Virus record (IMG/VR): IMGVR_UViG_3300043391_000370
Span: 1 to 64,000 of that record
Length of the DNA: 64,000 nucleotides
From: a virus
Lineage: Duplodnaviria > Caudoviricetes
Reading direction: 5' to 3' (one strand)
Positions 25,391 to 35,967 of the stretch are shown piece after piece. Both the position numbers and the translations under genes were made by a program. Position 1 is the first letter of the stretch. The number at the start of each line of letters is the position of its first letter. The notes under the pieces were generated by a model that ran no database searches, was not told the DNA's origin, and was given only the letters and a program-made list of their open reading frames with translations.

Positions 25391-27457
25391 TTATTTAACA
25401 CAATCAATAACTTGTTTCACTTCACCCTGATATACCTGTGCCGTAAATCCAAAGACAGGTTTTAATTTTGCTCCAGAACCAGTATTTGATATAACTCTTA
25501 AAACTGGTCTGTCAGTAATGTTTTTAATATTTATGGGAGTAACACTGGAGATTGATCCATTATTAATTACAACATCATATTTATTTTTAAAGTTATCTGT
25601 TACAATATCTCCGGGTTTATAATTATATCCAGGATTTTCAATAATAACTCTAGAGATTGTTATATTCTGTTGTTGCTGTAGTTGTCCTGCATCCTCCACA
25701 ACTACTGCACCTTCTATATCATTAGGTATCGGTTGATCTCCCAAAGTATATCCTTCACCATCAGAATTAATTACAATTGCCGTAACCTGCCCATTTTCAA
25801 TAACCGATTGAGCAACGGCACCATACCCCTTTCCACAATTATCTGAAATTGATACAAACGGTGGATATGTGTATCCAGAACCAGAAGATGTCATAATTGC
25901 ACCAATAATACTTCCAGTATCTCCCAAAATAGATCCAAAGATTGGAAGTGCCGATGCTCCAGAACCACCACCCCCAAATATATTAATTGTAGGTGGATTG
26001 CAAGTAGTTGGTGTTCCACCAAAACATGCACTCAATCCATTACCAGTAAAGTCTGGAAGACTAATGTTTGGGCTTAAGAAATCAAGAGATCCAACAACAC
26101 TTTCAAGTGCAGATAATGGACTTTGGGCACCATCAGCAATAGATTTTGCAGTATTTGCAAGGCTTAGAATATCATTTACATTAAATGATGATGATTGAAC
26201 AGGCCCAGAACCAATCTTCCATTTCTGAACACTATCCTCAGGATTTTCAGGTTCTTCCCCACAATTAAGAGATAATGAAATGCCAAGTAGACTTTCGGCA
26301 AGATTTTTTACTGTATCCAGAAGATTAAAGTTACTAAAACTCAATAGTAAACCAAGAACACCAAGAACTGCAGACATTCCTGCTGTAATTAAATCAATAA
26401 TTGCATTTAATATTCCACCAACAAACTGATCAATCACACAATTTACAACATTTGCAACATTTTTTAACAAGGCACATACCATATCTCCAATCAAAGATCC
26501 AAGTTGATCTATAATGCTGCCAATCAAACAAGGAATTAGTTTCTGTAATTGTTTGACTGGTTCAATTGTTGCTGCCTGTGCTTTTGCCCCTGCTAAATGT
26601 GCCGCAGACTTACTTTGTGTGGAAGCAAATACTGTTGCGTATGTAGTGTTATAAACACTTTTAGCACCTTGTTCTAGAGCAGGTTGCAATTTCTCATAAG
26701 TACCATTTACAACTCCTCCAACAATTTCCGTACTAATACCCTGTATTTTTTTAGAGATTTCTTCACATAATTTTTCAACTTGAGCATCAATCCATTCTTG
26801 TGCTAGATTTGGATATGATTTAAGATCTTGCAAAAATTTAATTGCATTTTGCATTTCTGTGGAGATTTTATCAATCTTAGATCCAGGAATTGTGGTTCCA
26901 AGTTGTAGTGTATCGCCAATTACACTAGAATATGCAATTTTATTGATACTATTTGCAACTTGTGGGGGTAAATGAACGGGAGACTCTTGTGCTTCTGTTG
27001 TCTGCTCATTTGTTTGATTTTCCTTTAACTTAGATCCATCATTTTCTATTTTACTTGTATATCCTGTAAATGGTTGAAATGGCAATCTAAATTCTTCTTT
27101 TGATGCTCCTTCTTTTGTTTTACCAAATACTCCTATAATAACGGGAAGTTGAGCATTATCACCATCCATAAAGAAACCGAATACGGAATCTCCTGGTGCA
27201 ACTTTTATACTCGTCGCATAATTTCCGGCACCACTACCATCAGTTGCGGATAATAAGACTTGTGCCCAAGGAAGATCATCATTTGATAAGTCCGCCTCAT
27301 TGGACGGATGATACCCCATAATACGAACTTTACGTCTATTTCCCCATCCCTCTTTATCAAGTTGCTTCTTTTGAGCAGATTCTGGTGCTACTTGCCCAAT
27401 CCACCAAAGAAAACCATCTCTTCCAACGAAATTACTTTTGAGTAAAGACTGTTCCAT
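25391..27457 (-). CDS. gp5: Baseplate hub subunit gp5 (OB-fold N-terminus)
   Basis: GRDGFLWWIGQV...RKVRIMGYH...DLPWAQV...VFGFFMDGDNAQLPVIIG. Confidence 0.9.
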   Translation of the reverse strand: MEQSLLKSNFVGRDGFLWWIGQVAPESAQKKQLDKEGWGNRRKVRIMGYHPSNEADLSNDDLPWAQVLLSATDGSGAGNYATSIKVAPGDSVFGFFMDGDNAQLPVIIGVFGKTKEGASKEEFRLPFQPFTGYTSKIENDGSKLKENQTNEQTTEAQESPVHLPPQVANSINKIAYSSVIGDTLQLGTTIPGSKIDKISTEMQNAIKFLQDLKSYPNLAQEWIDAQVEKLCEEISKKIQGISTEIVGGVVNGTYEKLQPALEQGAKSVYNTTYATVFASTQSKSAAHLAGAKAQAATIEPVKQLQKLIPCLIGSIIDQLGSLIGDMVCALLKNVANVVNCVIDQFVGGILNAIIDLITAGMSAVLGVLGLLLSFSNFNLLDTVKNLAESLLGISLSLNCGEEPENPEDSVQKWKIGSGPVQSSSFNVNDILSLANTAKSIADGAQSPLSALESVVGSLDFLSPNISLPDFTGNGLSACFGGTPTTCNPPTINIFGGGGSGASALPIFGSILGDTGSIIGAIMTSSGSGYTYPPFVSISDNCGKGYGAVAQSVIENGQVTAIVINSDGEGYTLGDQPIPNDIEGAVVVEDAGQLQQQQNITISRVIIENPGYNYKPGDIVTDNFKNKYDVVINNGSISSVTPINIKNITDRPVLRVISNTGSGAKLKPVFGFTAQVYQGEVKQVIDCVK

Positions 27458-28795
27458 TTATGGTTTCTCTATATTTGTTCCGTAACGTCCAAAGGTATCT
27501 CTAAGTAATGTCATTGAAGTATATGAACCTTCTGTATCAAAGTGATGACATAATTCTTTTATCATATATAGACCACTTTGATCATCATCATATTTTACTC
27601 CATCTTCTCTGGAAATCTTAGGGAACTTACAAGTAATAATATCACCAGCTCTTAGATTTGTATTTGAAGGTACAGTCATACTCAAAGTTTGAGTAAAGAG
27701 TACATTATATCTCATAATTGCCTGAGATTGATATTTTGATGGATCTGCATTGGATGCCTTAGAAATATCTGCATCCACAGTTCCAATATCCAAAACTTGA
27801 CTTAAGATTCTTGTGGGTAGATCACCAAGTTTTTGATTAGAATCATTACTAATTTTAGGTAGTTCTAATGTTTGTCCTAGATTTGCAGATTTTCCTGCAT
27901 AATTCTCAAGTTTAAATACTGATTCCTTAAATGTAAAATTAAGTGGATCATAAACTATTCTGTAACTAGAATAGGTTCCTAATCTAAGTTTCTCAATTAG
28001 ATTTTGATTTCTGTTTGTGGTATATTGTAGAATACTAAAATCATTATCTCTTTCATATCCAGTCTGGTTTACATCACTATAGATGTAAGTTGCTTTTGAT
28101 GGTTGTGAAATTAGATTATCAATTGATCTGAAACTGAATCCATCTTGTGTTTGGAAGAATACATAACCTGCCGTGGCATCTTTCTTTGAGGATTCAGGAA
28201 CTCCTTTAGATGCTAACCATACTAAAACTGTAAATGGTTTTCTTAGATTTCCAATAAATCCATACTTATTCTGTGTCTTATCAATTTCATCAATCTTATC
28301 AGTCTTTAAGTATTCCTTGATGATACTTTCTACAGAGTCACTGATTGATTGACTGGTTGGAAACTTCTTTGGAACTCTTACAGTCTCATTTGTAATTGCT
28401 TCTCTTGAAACTAGATTTAGTTCAAAGAACTCTTTTTGAGATCCTGAAATAACATTGGTGATACTTGAAACATAAAGATAATCCTTCTCATCGGTTGCAA
28501 AATCTAATCCAGGATTTGTGGCAGAATTACCGGCAATCTTTAAGGAAACTCTTTCACCACCTCTTAAGGGAAGACCATTATAAATTGACTGAAATGATCC
28601 TGTTGCATTTCCTTCATTATCCTTTGCCTGGATAGAATCTCCAGTGTTTCCTACTTGAATCTTTGCAGTGATTGATGGTGAGAAGATATCCTCATAATAA
28701 TCAATAGAAACTGTACCAGTTCTAATATCAACCGTTCTCTTTTGGTCGTTGGATTCAAGTATAAGTTCTTCGTAAATTGACTTTTTTACTGACAT
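27458..28795 (-). CDS. Baseplate hub/tail protein (gp27-like position)
   Basis: YYEDIFSP, VPGNxxLRAG-like (VPSNTNLRAGD) and SGLYMIKELCH motifs; synteny upstream of gp5. Confidence 0.65.
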   Translation of the reverse strand: MSVKKSIYEELILESNDQKRTVDIRTGTVSIDYYEDIFSPSITAKIQVGNTGDSIQAKDNEGNATGSFQSIYNGLPLRGGERVSLKIAGNSATNPGLDFATDEKDYLYVSSITNVISGSQKEFFELNLVSREAITNETVRVPKKFPTSQSISDSVESIIKEYLKTDKIDEIDKTQNKYGFIGNLRKPFTVLVWLASKGVPESSKKDATAGYVFFQTQDGFSFRSIDNLISQPSKATYIYSDVNQTGYERDNDFSILQYTTNRNQNLIEKLRLGTYSSYRIVYDPLNFTFKESVFKLENYAGKSANLGQTLELPKISNDSNQKLGDLPTRILSQVLDIGTVDADISKASNADPSKYQSQAIMRYNVLFTQTLSMTVPSNTNLRAGDIITCKFPKISREDGVKYDDDQSGLYMIKELCHHFDTEGSYTSMTLLRDTFGRYGTNIEKP

Positions 28796-30741
28796 TATGT
28801 GTATGCTAGATCTAGTAAGAGTTTCTTTGTGATGAAACTATTTAACGGATTAATTATAATGGGAATTATTCCTCCCCCACCACCTCCAGCAGAGACTTGT
28901 GGTTGTGCTGGTGGATCTTCTTCTATCACAACAATAGTAGGACCATTTCTTTGTTGTGCTAATTGTTGAGATACTTGTTGTCTTTGTTGAGTTCCTTGTG
29001 GTGCTATTTGTGCTGGTGTTGGTGCAGAAATTGTTGTTGGTTGCCCAGAAGTTCCAGTTAATTGTTTTCCGATTGAAAGAAGATTTAGATATGGTCTTGG
29101 ATTAATAGAATCACCACCTCCAGGTCTTACTTCAAAGTGAAGGTGTATTCCAGTAGATCCACCTGTGCTTCCAATTTCACCAATTGTTTGTCCATTATAA
29201 GACTGCCCACGTTTTACAAATACTTTTGCTAGGTGCGCAAAACGATATATTGTATTTCCAGATTTAATATCAACATAATTACCATATCCACCACTATACC
29301 CCAAAGAAACATCAGAAATTGTGCCCGATAGTTTTAATGCAACATAGTATCCTGGTCCTGCCGGAGCAATATCAATTCCATTGTGCATCCGATATTTGCC
29401 AGTTGTGGGACTAAGCCTCATTCCTCGTTCTGATGTAATCTTTCCTGCTGCTCCTCCAGGTTTACCTTTAAATTGATCTATAACTGATGTTGAAACTGCC
29501 GATGATGTTTGTGCTGGTGCTGTTTGTGTTTGCGGAGATCCTAATGATTTTTTATACGTTGATTGTAGACTTCCTATTGATTTATATGATTGTCCATAAA
29601 AACTTTTTCCCCCCTTTGGGGAATATGGGAAAGATGCCCACTCCGGAGCAAGAAGATCTGAGACTCTTTGACTCATACCTTCTTTTTTTAACATTTCTGC
29701 AGTAACTCCTCTCCTTTTAGCAAGATATATTGCTGCCTCATCTTGTTTTCTTGCAGTAAATGCCTCATTTGATTTTAATATTCCAGCAGCAACTAGTCCC
29801 CCTAATGTTGAAGGCATAAATTGATATCTACCAGTAGCACCACTCCATTTATGTTGACTACCTGGCCTCCCATAACTATTACCCAAATCTATAACTTGCT
29901 GAACTGTCAGTTTACCAGATTCCAAATCTTTGTTAACCCCACCACCAGAAATGGTTCCATAACTTTTTGAGGTTCCTTCAGCAAAAGCAATAGTTTCTAA
30001 CATTGCTTTTTGTTCTGAAGTACCAACAGATGCCCCACCAGCACCTCCACCACCAGAAGGTTCTTGCATACTCTCATTTTCATATTTTGTTCCAGTAGGT
30101 TTAGCATCCTCACCACTAGCAATTCCTTCACCCAGAGATGTAGTGAGTAATCTAAATCCCTCATCAAACTGACTTTGCATATCATCAAAGGTATTTCCCA
30201 AACCTTTCACAGCATTCTCAACTCTCTTGTTACTATCGGTAAAGTCAAATGTTAGAATATTTTTACCAATAGCACCTAGAACATTTCCAAATCCTCTAAA
30301 GATACTCACAGTATTATTAAAAAATCCACTTACAATAGTAGAAAGTCTTTGCATTCTAGCAATCAATTCTTGTGCCATCGTAATAATGGACGGTAGATTA
30401 TAAAGCAACCATCCAACTAACAGAGTTCCAAGGAAGTCCATAATTCTTCCCAAGAATCCTTTGGTACTTGAAGCAATTGCCTTTGCCTGTCTTTTAATAA
30501 CTCCACCAATACTTGATGCTTCTATCAAGTCTTCTCTATTTTTTCTTCTTTCTCCCTCTTGTCTTCTTTGGGAAAGAATATAATTTCTTGCTATTGATTC
30601 TCTTTTTACCTTTGTTTTTCTTAATAGAATATTATTAAGTTTTCCAGTTTTTTTCTTTAGACCAGAAAATGAAGACCTTACGGACTTGATACTGGAACGA
30701 ATATTGATGAGACTATTGGATGGTTTTACTGCTACTGCCAT
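28795..30741 (-). CDS. Tail-associated protein with lysozyme-like and M23 peptidase domains
   Basis: ETIAFAEGT...ATGRYQFMPSTL (lysozyme-like); HNGIDIA...HL...GSTGGSTGIHLHFE (M23). Confidence 0.85.
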   Translation of the reverse strand: MAVAVKPSNSLINIRSSIKSVRSSFSGLKKKTGKLNNILLRKTKVKRESIARNYILSQRRQEGERRKNREDLIEASSIGGVIKRQAKAIASSTKGFLGRIMDFLGTLLVGWLLYNLPSIITMAQELIARMQRLSTIVSGFFNNTVSIFRGFGNVLGAIGKNILTFDFTDSNKRVENAVKGLGNTFDDMQSQFDEGFRLLTTSLGEGIASGEDAKPTGTKYENESMQEPSGGGGAGGASVGTSEQKAMLETIAFAEGTSKSYGTISGGGVNKDLESGKLTVQQVIDLGNSYGRPGSQHKWSGATGRYQFMPSTLGGLVAAGILKSNEAFTARKQDEAAIYLAKRRGVTAEMLKKEGMSQRVSDLLAPEWASFPYSPKGGKSFYGQSYKSIGSLQSTYKKSLGSPQTQTAPAQTSSAVSTSVIDQFKGKPGGAAGKITSERGMRLSPTTGKYRMHNGIDIAPAGPGYYVALKLSGTISDVSLGYSGGYGNYVDIKSGNTIYRFAHLAKVFVKRGQSYNGQTIGEIGSTGGSTGIHLHFEVRPGGGDSINPRPYLNLLSIGKQLTGTSGQPTTISAPTPAQIAPQGTQQRQQVSQQLAQQRNGPTIVVIEEDPPAQPQVSAGGGGGGIIPIIINPLNSFITKKLLLDLAYT

Positions 30742-30742
30742 C

Positions 30743-32395
30743 TTATATTACCACATTATAATTAACTTGTGAATAGAGCACATAGAAATTATCTGGGTTT
30801 GATGCTGATATTGCTGGAACTTCATTTACAGAACCACCAGTAGGAGCAGCACCAGATTGTTGTTGAGCAGGAGAACCTATTCTCTTATACACTACATTTG
30901 GTGTTGGTTCTGGTGCTGGACCCACATTAAGTGGTAATGTTGCTATTTTACTAGTTTGAGCAGGTGTTTTTATATCTGCCTGTGCTGGTTGTGATGAAAC
31001 TTGTGCAGGAGTTCCCTGCTCTGGGTTCATATTAACTTCTCCAAATTGTGGTGGTTTTGTCCAATCAATTTTACTTGCTTGAGATGTTAAATCTCCCATC
31101 TTCTGATCAAATGATTGCTCATTTCCTGCAGGAGTGGGGGCATTTGGTGTTTTATTTTTTGGTACTACTGGTGTTTTTGGGGTTACTGCTGCTTTTGGTG
31201 GTGTTTTTTTATTTTGCCCAATACCAGTAAAATCTGCAGCATATCCCAATCCAGATGTAATCAGTCCAGCTGTCCAGACAAATGGTATGCTAATACCAGC
31301 TGCTTCAGAAAAACTAAGTGCTGCTGAAGTAGAATGAAGACTTCCTGCTAATGGATTACCTCTTTCAAAAGATTCTTTAGCAGAATTAGCTTCAATTACT
31401 CCACCAGCAACAGGGAAAAGTCCTCCCAAAAATTTTGCTCCTAATCCTGTACCCCTCTTTACTGCCGCAGATGCAGCTTTAGCCTCTACTGATGTTGCTG
31501 CCTTTACTCCAGTGCCTGTTATTGCTGCTACACCAGCCTTTGCTGTCGAAACTATTGCCGATCCAGCAGATGTTAATACTTTTGCAAGTGCTCCAAAGAA
31601 TCTACCAACAGTATTCTTAAGTAACCACCCACCAATTTTAAGAGATAGTTTTGTGATAGTACCAGCAATAGCAAAAAATCCACCATTCAATAAGAATAAT
31701 GTTCCGGCAGCAATTCCAAGACCTTTTAGAACATTATCTCTGATTTCTTCTAATTTTTTACCATTTCCTTCTGATAATGCTTTAAGAACCTCAATTCCTT
31801 TATTAGCAAACCATCCAGCAAATAGTGTCGTAAAGAATTGTGCTACTTTACTTAAAATAGATTGTGCCTTTTGTGCAATTTTCTGCACAGGAGCAATTAA
31901 TGCACCCTGAATTGCTTTTTCTAAAAGACTTTCCCTTCCTACTCTTAATCCCTGCTCTGTTGCCCTCCTCTGTTCTTCTTGCTCCTGTTTTGTACGATTT
32001 TGTTCTAGAACACTATCATAAGCAATTACATCAGTAATTCTACTTAAGGCACCACTAAAATCAGTGACTTCTGTTTTTAATCCCCCAACCTGTTCCTGCA
32101 ATCCACCTATGGTTTGTGTCTGGATGGACACTACATTGTTTAAATTAACGACTTGAGTTCTTAAACTGTTAACCTGTTCTTGTAAGGAAGTTATTGTTTG
32201 TGATTGAGTCTGTACGAGTGCTAAAGCTCCCTCATCTGGTTGCCTGTTAATAGCAACCAGTGGACCACCACGTCTAAAAATATTTGATGATATATTACGA
32301 CTTTTTGCGAATATTGCCTTTCTTCTTTCCGCAGACAAATAGGACCCTGATACAGGATCTACTCCACTTTGTGCTATTTGTGCGAGATCAGCCAT
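30743..32395 (-). CDS. Tape-measure-like / tail protein
   Basis: Coiled-coil N-terminus, Ala/Gly-rich amphipathic helices, Pro-rich tail; synteny. Confidence 0.55.
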   Translation of the reverse strand: MADLAQIAQSGVDPVSGSYLSAERRKAIFAKSRNISSNIFRRGGPLVAINRQPDEGALALVQTQSQTITSLQEQVNSLRTQVVNLNNVVSIQTQTIGGLQEQVGGLKTEVTDFSGALSRITDVIAYDSVLEQNRTKQEQEEQRRATEQGLRVGRESLLEKAIQGALIAPVQKIAQKAQSILSKVAQFFTTLFAGWFANKGIEVLKALSEGNGKKLEEIRDNVLKGLGIAAGTLFLLNGGFFAIAGTITKLSLKIGGWLLKNTVGRFFGALAKVLTSAGSAIVSTAKAGVAAITGTGVKAATSVEAKAASAAVKRGTGLGAKFLGGLFPVAGGVIEANSAKESFERGNPLAGSLHSTSAALSFSEAAGISIPFVWTAGLITSGLGYAADFTGIGQNKKTPPKAAVTPKTPVVPKNKTPNAPTPAGNEQSFDQKMGDLTSQASKIDWTKPPQFGEVNMNPEQGTPAQVSSQPAQADIKTPAQTSKIATLPLNVGPAPEPTPNVVYKRIGSPAQQQSGAAPTGGSVNEVPAISASNPDNFYVLYSQVNYNVVI

Positions 32396-32561
32396 TTGCT
32401 TGATTCTTTAGATTTTCTTCTTCAATATAATTTTGTAGCAAAGTTACGTAGATCTCCCTCTCCCAAGGAATCATATCTTCAAGTTCTGTCAAAGAGTATT
32501 TATGATGCTGCATCATGGCAAAGTTTGTCTTGTAGTATGACGCAAGGTCAGTATGCGCCAT
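32388..32561 (-). CDS. gp51: Baseplate hub assembly catalyst gp51, 57 aa
   Basis: Hand translation MAHTDLASYYKTNFAMMQHHKYSLTELEDMIPWEREIYVTLLQNYIEEENLKNQANG with the hallmark MIPWERE; directly follows gp26. Confidence 0.9.
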   Translation of the reverse strand: MAHTDLASYYKTNFAMMQHHKYSLTELEDMIPWEREIYVTLLQNYIEEENLKNQANG

Positions 32562-32563
32562 AC

Positions 32564-33283
32564 TTACGCGAAAAAAGCAGATAATCCCTCCAGAACTACC
32601 TCACTCTCAACTTTAGTATTGGGATTTTTAATCTTAATTGTATGAGAAAGTTTGGGCATTGTTTCAAAGAACTTTTCAACTTCTTTGAATTGCTTCGAAC
32701 TTAACTGCTCAACAAATTCTAATAGTTCTTTCTTTGTAGAATCACTCGCAGTCCAAGACTCTTCTTCCGAATAAATTTGATCAATACAAGAAACAATCAA
32801 ATCAAAGGTATCATCAACACTTACACTCTCACCAGAATCAAAGTTGTTCTTAATGAACTCAGTCATTGATGGATATCGCATTCTCAATGTTAAAGAATCG
32901 TCCAACTTGATATCACGAGAATGTTTTGGGTCTACTTCAACGTTAATTTCATCAAGATTGATACTTGTTGGAACCTGAGTTGTTCCATCATCAGGGCAGG
33001 TGATCAAAACATCTACTGTTTCACCAACTGACTTACCTCTAATATTAAGGAACAAATACTCAATATCAAATGTTGAGAGGTCTTCTACTTTAATACCTTT
33101 GCTTAAAATGCAATTAGAAATTACTGTCTTAACCGCATTCGCAATCTGTTTGGAATCTTCGGTTTCTAGTGCAATGATCAGAATCTTTTCTTCTTTGACT
33201 AGGAAGGGTCTATATCTAATTTTCTTTTTTAATGATGGAATTTCCAACTCATAAATTGGAGTCGCAATCTTTGGTAAAGGCAT
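32564..33283 (-). CDS. gp26: Baseplate hub subunit gp26
   Basis: MPLPKI...YRPFLVKEEKIL...FDIEYLFLNIRGKSVGE...TCPDD. Confidence 0.92.
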   Translation of the reverse strand: MPLPKIATPIYELEIPSLKKKIRYRPFLVKEEKILIIALETEDSKQIANAVKTVISNCILSKGIKVEDLSTFDIEYLFLNIRGKSVGETVDVLITCPDDGTTQVPTSINLDEINVEVDPKHSRDIKLDDSLTLRMRYPSMTEFIKNNFDSGESVSVDDTFDLIVSCIDQIYSEEESWTASDSTKKELLEFVEQLSSKQFKEVEKFFETMPKLSHTIKIKNPNTKVESEVVLEGLSAFFA

Positions 33284-33321
33284 AATAACCCATAAAGTTC
33301 AGTTAAAATTATTTAGACTGC

Positions 33322-34095
33322 TTATGCAATACCTCTTGGTCTTGGATCATCCAATCTACCTGTTCCAAGATTTAAGTTTCTATTAATCAACTCATCTCTT
33401 CCAGTTGCAAGTCTGGTTAATTGATTACTTGTACTAGATGTAGTAGCAGGATTGGGAACGTTGCTAATTATATTATTATTAATATTTTTTTCAACATCCC
33501 AACTTAATACCTTACCACAAACATATCTCTCATAATTGAATGAGGCACTGATTCTCAATACATCAGAACCATTATAACTTACCGGTGTGGAGTTTAATGC
33601 CAGTGGAAAAAGTCCAAAGAAATTATATTCAATCTCCTTATTATAATCTCTATCAAATTTAATAATCTTGGTTGTATTGCACTTATATGCTTCTGGATAT
33701 CGCATTCTAAAATAATACCCCTCTCTATATGGATCAGCATTAGATCCACCAGAAATAAACTCCATCCAGTGCTCTATAAATCTTAACTGCCGATAATCTC
33801 TATCAACATAGAACTCTAACCCAATTTCGGTAAAGATTCTACGATGAGCAATTCTCTCATTTACTCCTGTGAAATTATTATTGATATCTGCCGTCGCAAA
33901 TGAGGTTCCGGGTAGTGATGCAGAATGGCAAAGTAATCCTGCTTCTTCTGCAATAAATCTTGGTTCAACACCTCTCACATAAAGATGCGATAAGAGTGCC
34001 CCAGGCAGACCACCAAAGATAACCTGGAAGTGTGAAGTCTGGGCAAGATTAGTAAATAGTGGTTTGAAATCAGCTATTCTACGAGGTCTGACCAC
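33322..34095 (-). CDS. Tail-tube-like baseplate protein (gp19/gp54 family)
   Basis: LCxxASLPG, FYVD...F..WM, FPxxxxSTPVSY motifs; synteny. Confidence 0.7.
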   Translation of the reverse strand: MVRPRRIADFKPLFTNLAQTSHFQVIFGGLPGALLSHLYVRGVEPRFIAEEAGLLCHSASLPGTSFATADINNNFTGVNERIAHRRIFTEIGLEFYVDRDYRQLRFIEHWMEFISGGSNADPYREGYYFRMRYPEAYKCNTTKIIKFDRDYNKEIEYNFFGLFPLALNSTPVSYNGSDVLRISASFNYERYVCGKVLSWDVEKNINNNIISNVPNPATTSSTSNQLTRLATGRDELINRNLNLGTGRLDDPRPRGIA

Positions 34096-34096
34096 T

Positions 34097-34133
34097 CTAA
34101 ATACCTTTTATGAGTCTTAGTATACTTATTTAG
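34097..34133. promoter_or_regulatory. Divergent late-type promoters (CTAAATA on + at 34097-34103 and on - at 34127-34133)
   Basis: CTAAATA variant on both strands in the short divergent intergenic region. Confidence 0.5.
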
Positions 34134-34571
34134 ATGTCTTATAAGGGAAAATACCAACCGTCATTCCCAAAAAAATATAAAGGAGATCCCACAAATATTG
34201 TGTATAGATCTTTGTGGGAGAGGACTTTTATGAAATATTGTGATACGAATGATAACGTTTTAGAATGGTTCTCGGAAGAAATTGCAGTTCCTTACAGATC
34301 TCCAATAGATAATAAGATTCATAGATACTTCCCAGACTTTTATATCAAAGTTAAAGAAAGTAATGGGCAGATTAAAAAGTATATAATCGAAATCAAACCA
34401 AAGAAGCAAACAGTAGAACCAATACCACAAAAGAGAAGGACAAAAGGATATATCTATGAGGTTTATGAGTATGCCAAGAATCAGGCAAAGTGGAAGGCAG
34501 CAGAAGAATGGTGTGCTGATAGGGGGTATGAGTTTAAGGTGCTCACGGAAGATGATTTAGGTATCAAATAA
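34134..34571 (+). CDS. gp4: Head completion nuclease gp4
   Basis: YKGKY.P..P.KYKGDP..I.YRS.WE...YFPDF...EIKP...N.AKW.AA. Confidence 0.92.
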   Translation: MSYKGKYQPSFPKKYKGDPTNIVYRSLWERTFMKYCDTNDNVLEWFSEEIAVPYRSPIDNKIHRYFPDFYIKVKESNGQIKKYIIEIKPKKQTVEPIPQKRRTKGYIYEVYEYAKNQAKWKAAEEWCADRGYEFKVLTEDDLGIK

Positions 34572-34981
34572 TGCCAAGAAAGACTCTCAGACAAAGAAAA
34601 GGTCCAAATCCCACAAGTGATAAGAGTAATCGTATTCGTAGTGTTTTGGATAATTTAATTGGAAATGAAGATCCTGATGATTTAATGATTGAGATATTGG
34701 ATGCGATACAAGAAAGTGGAAAGATACCCAGTGTGGGTAAGTATTATGTCTTTGTTTATAATCCAAAGACACCCAACATACAATACGATCAAAATCCATT
34801 AGTCGCAGTGACTGATATATTCCCTCAATGGGGATTTAGGGGTATTAACTTTCACTGGGGGTCTAAGGGAGTTAGACAATATACTTGGGACGAAATACCT
34901 GGTTCTTTATATGAGGTTTATGCGGAAGAACTTGCCGACTTGAGAGAGATACCTTTTGGTAAAATTCGTCTAAATAGTTAG
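34571..34981 (+). CDS. gp2: DNA end protector gp2-like
   Basis: YxPKT...YDxxPL...WGFRGINFHW; synteny with gp4. Confidence 0.75.
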   Translation: MPRKTLRQRKGPNPTSDKSNRIRSVLDNLIGNEDPDDLMIEILDAIQESGKIPSVGKYYVFVYNPKTPNIQYDQNPLVAVTDIFPQWGFRGINFHWGSKGVRQYTWDEIPGSLYEVYAEELADLREIPFGKIRLNS

Positions 34982-34991
34982 AAAATCGATA

Positions 34992-35966
34992 ATGGCAGTT
35001 TCTTTTCCATCTAATTTATCATCAGCAACTCAAGCAGCTGGCATACAGGAATATAGAAATGCTAATGCTGCTTCTACAGCACCCGCACTAAGATATAGAT
35101 ATCCACAGAAGAGTATTGGTAAGGATGACGACTACTTAGAGATAGGTGTTATTGAATATGTTCCACCTGGATTTGAGACAGGAAAGAATAATCTCAAATT
35201 AAAAACTGGAACAGAAACCAATTCTAATAAAAAAGCAAGATATACAATACAACTACCAATTCCGGCAAATATTGGTGATACCAACCAGGTTAATTGGGGT
35301 GATGATAGTATGAATCCTCTTGTTGCTTATGGTAGTGAGCAAATAGGAGATGCTCTTAAAAGTGGTCAGTTGCAAAAAGGTATTGCCGATGTATATAATA
35401 ATACAGTTAGTACTGCAAAAGAAATACTAACCAAAGGTGGTGGGCAGGATTTAATTTCAAAGTATTTTCAATCACAATTAGTAAATTCATTAGGTGCAAA
35501 CACGACACCAGAAGGATTACTATCAAGAGCTAGTGGAAGTGTTCTAAATCCAAACCTAGAACTATTATTCAGTGGTGTTAATTTGAGATCTTTTGCTTTT
35601 GATTTTGATTTTGCACCAAGAAACTTAGAAGAATCAAATGTTGTTAAGCAAATTATAAGAATATTCAAACAATCAATGGCTCCAAAAACTGGTAGCAACA
35701 CATCAGGTGCCGGACTATTCATCGAGGCTCCAAATGTCTTCCTTCTAAAATATAAAACCGGAAGTCGAGACCATCCATATCTAAACAAGTTCAAACCTTG
35801 TGCTCTTACAAATATGGGTGTGAATTATACAGGTTCTGGTTCTTATGCAACTTATGCGGATAAGACACCTGTTCATATGAAATTAAATCTAAGTTTCACC
35901 GAACTGAATCCAATTTACAATGAAGACTACAATGAGATTCCATTATCACAAGGAGTAGGTTACTAA
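34992..35966 (+). CDS. gp48: Baseplate tail tube cap gp48
   Basis: NPNLELLFSGVNLRSF.F.F.F.PRN..ES...I...FK..MAP; PCAL....VNY. Confidence 0.88.
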   Translation: MAVSFPSNLSSATQAAGIQEYRNANAASTAPALRYRYPQKSIGKDDDYLEIGVIEYVPPGFETGKNNLKLKTGTETNSNKKARYTIQLPIPANIGDTNQVNWGDDSMNPLVAYGSEQIGDALKSGQLQKGIADVYNNTVSTAKEILTKGGGQDLISKYFQSQLVNSLGANTTPEGLLSRASGSVLNPNLELLFSGVNLRSFAFDFDFAPRNLEESNVVKQIIRIFKQSMAPKTGSNTSGAGLFIEAPNVFLLKYKTGSRDHPYLNKFKPCALTNMGVNYTGSGSYATYADKTPVHMKLNLSFTELNPIYNEDYNEIPLSQGVGY

Positions 35967-35967
35967 A

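Noticed and set aside
3034-35794. Many 60-140-aa opposite-strand ORFs over the structural genes
   Set aside because: Shadow frames from the biased Thr/Gly/Ser codon usage, without RBS or promoter support.
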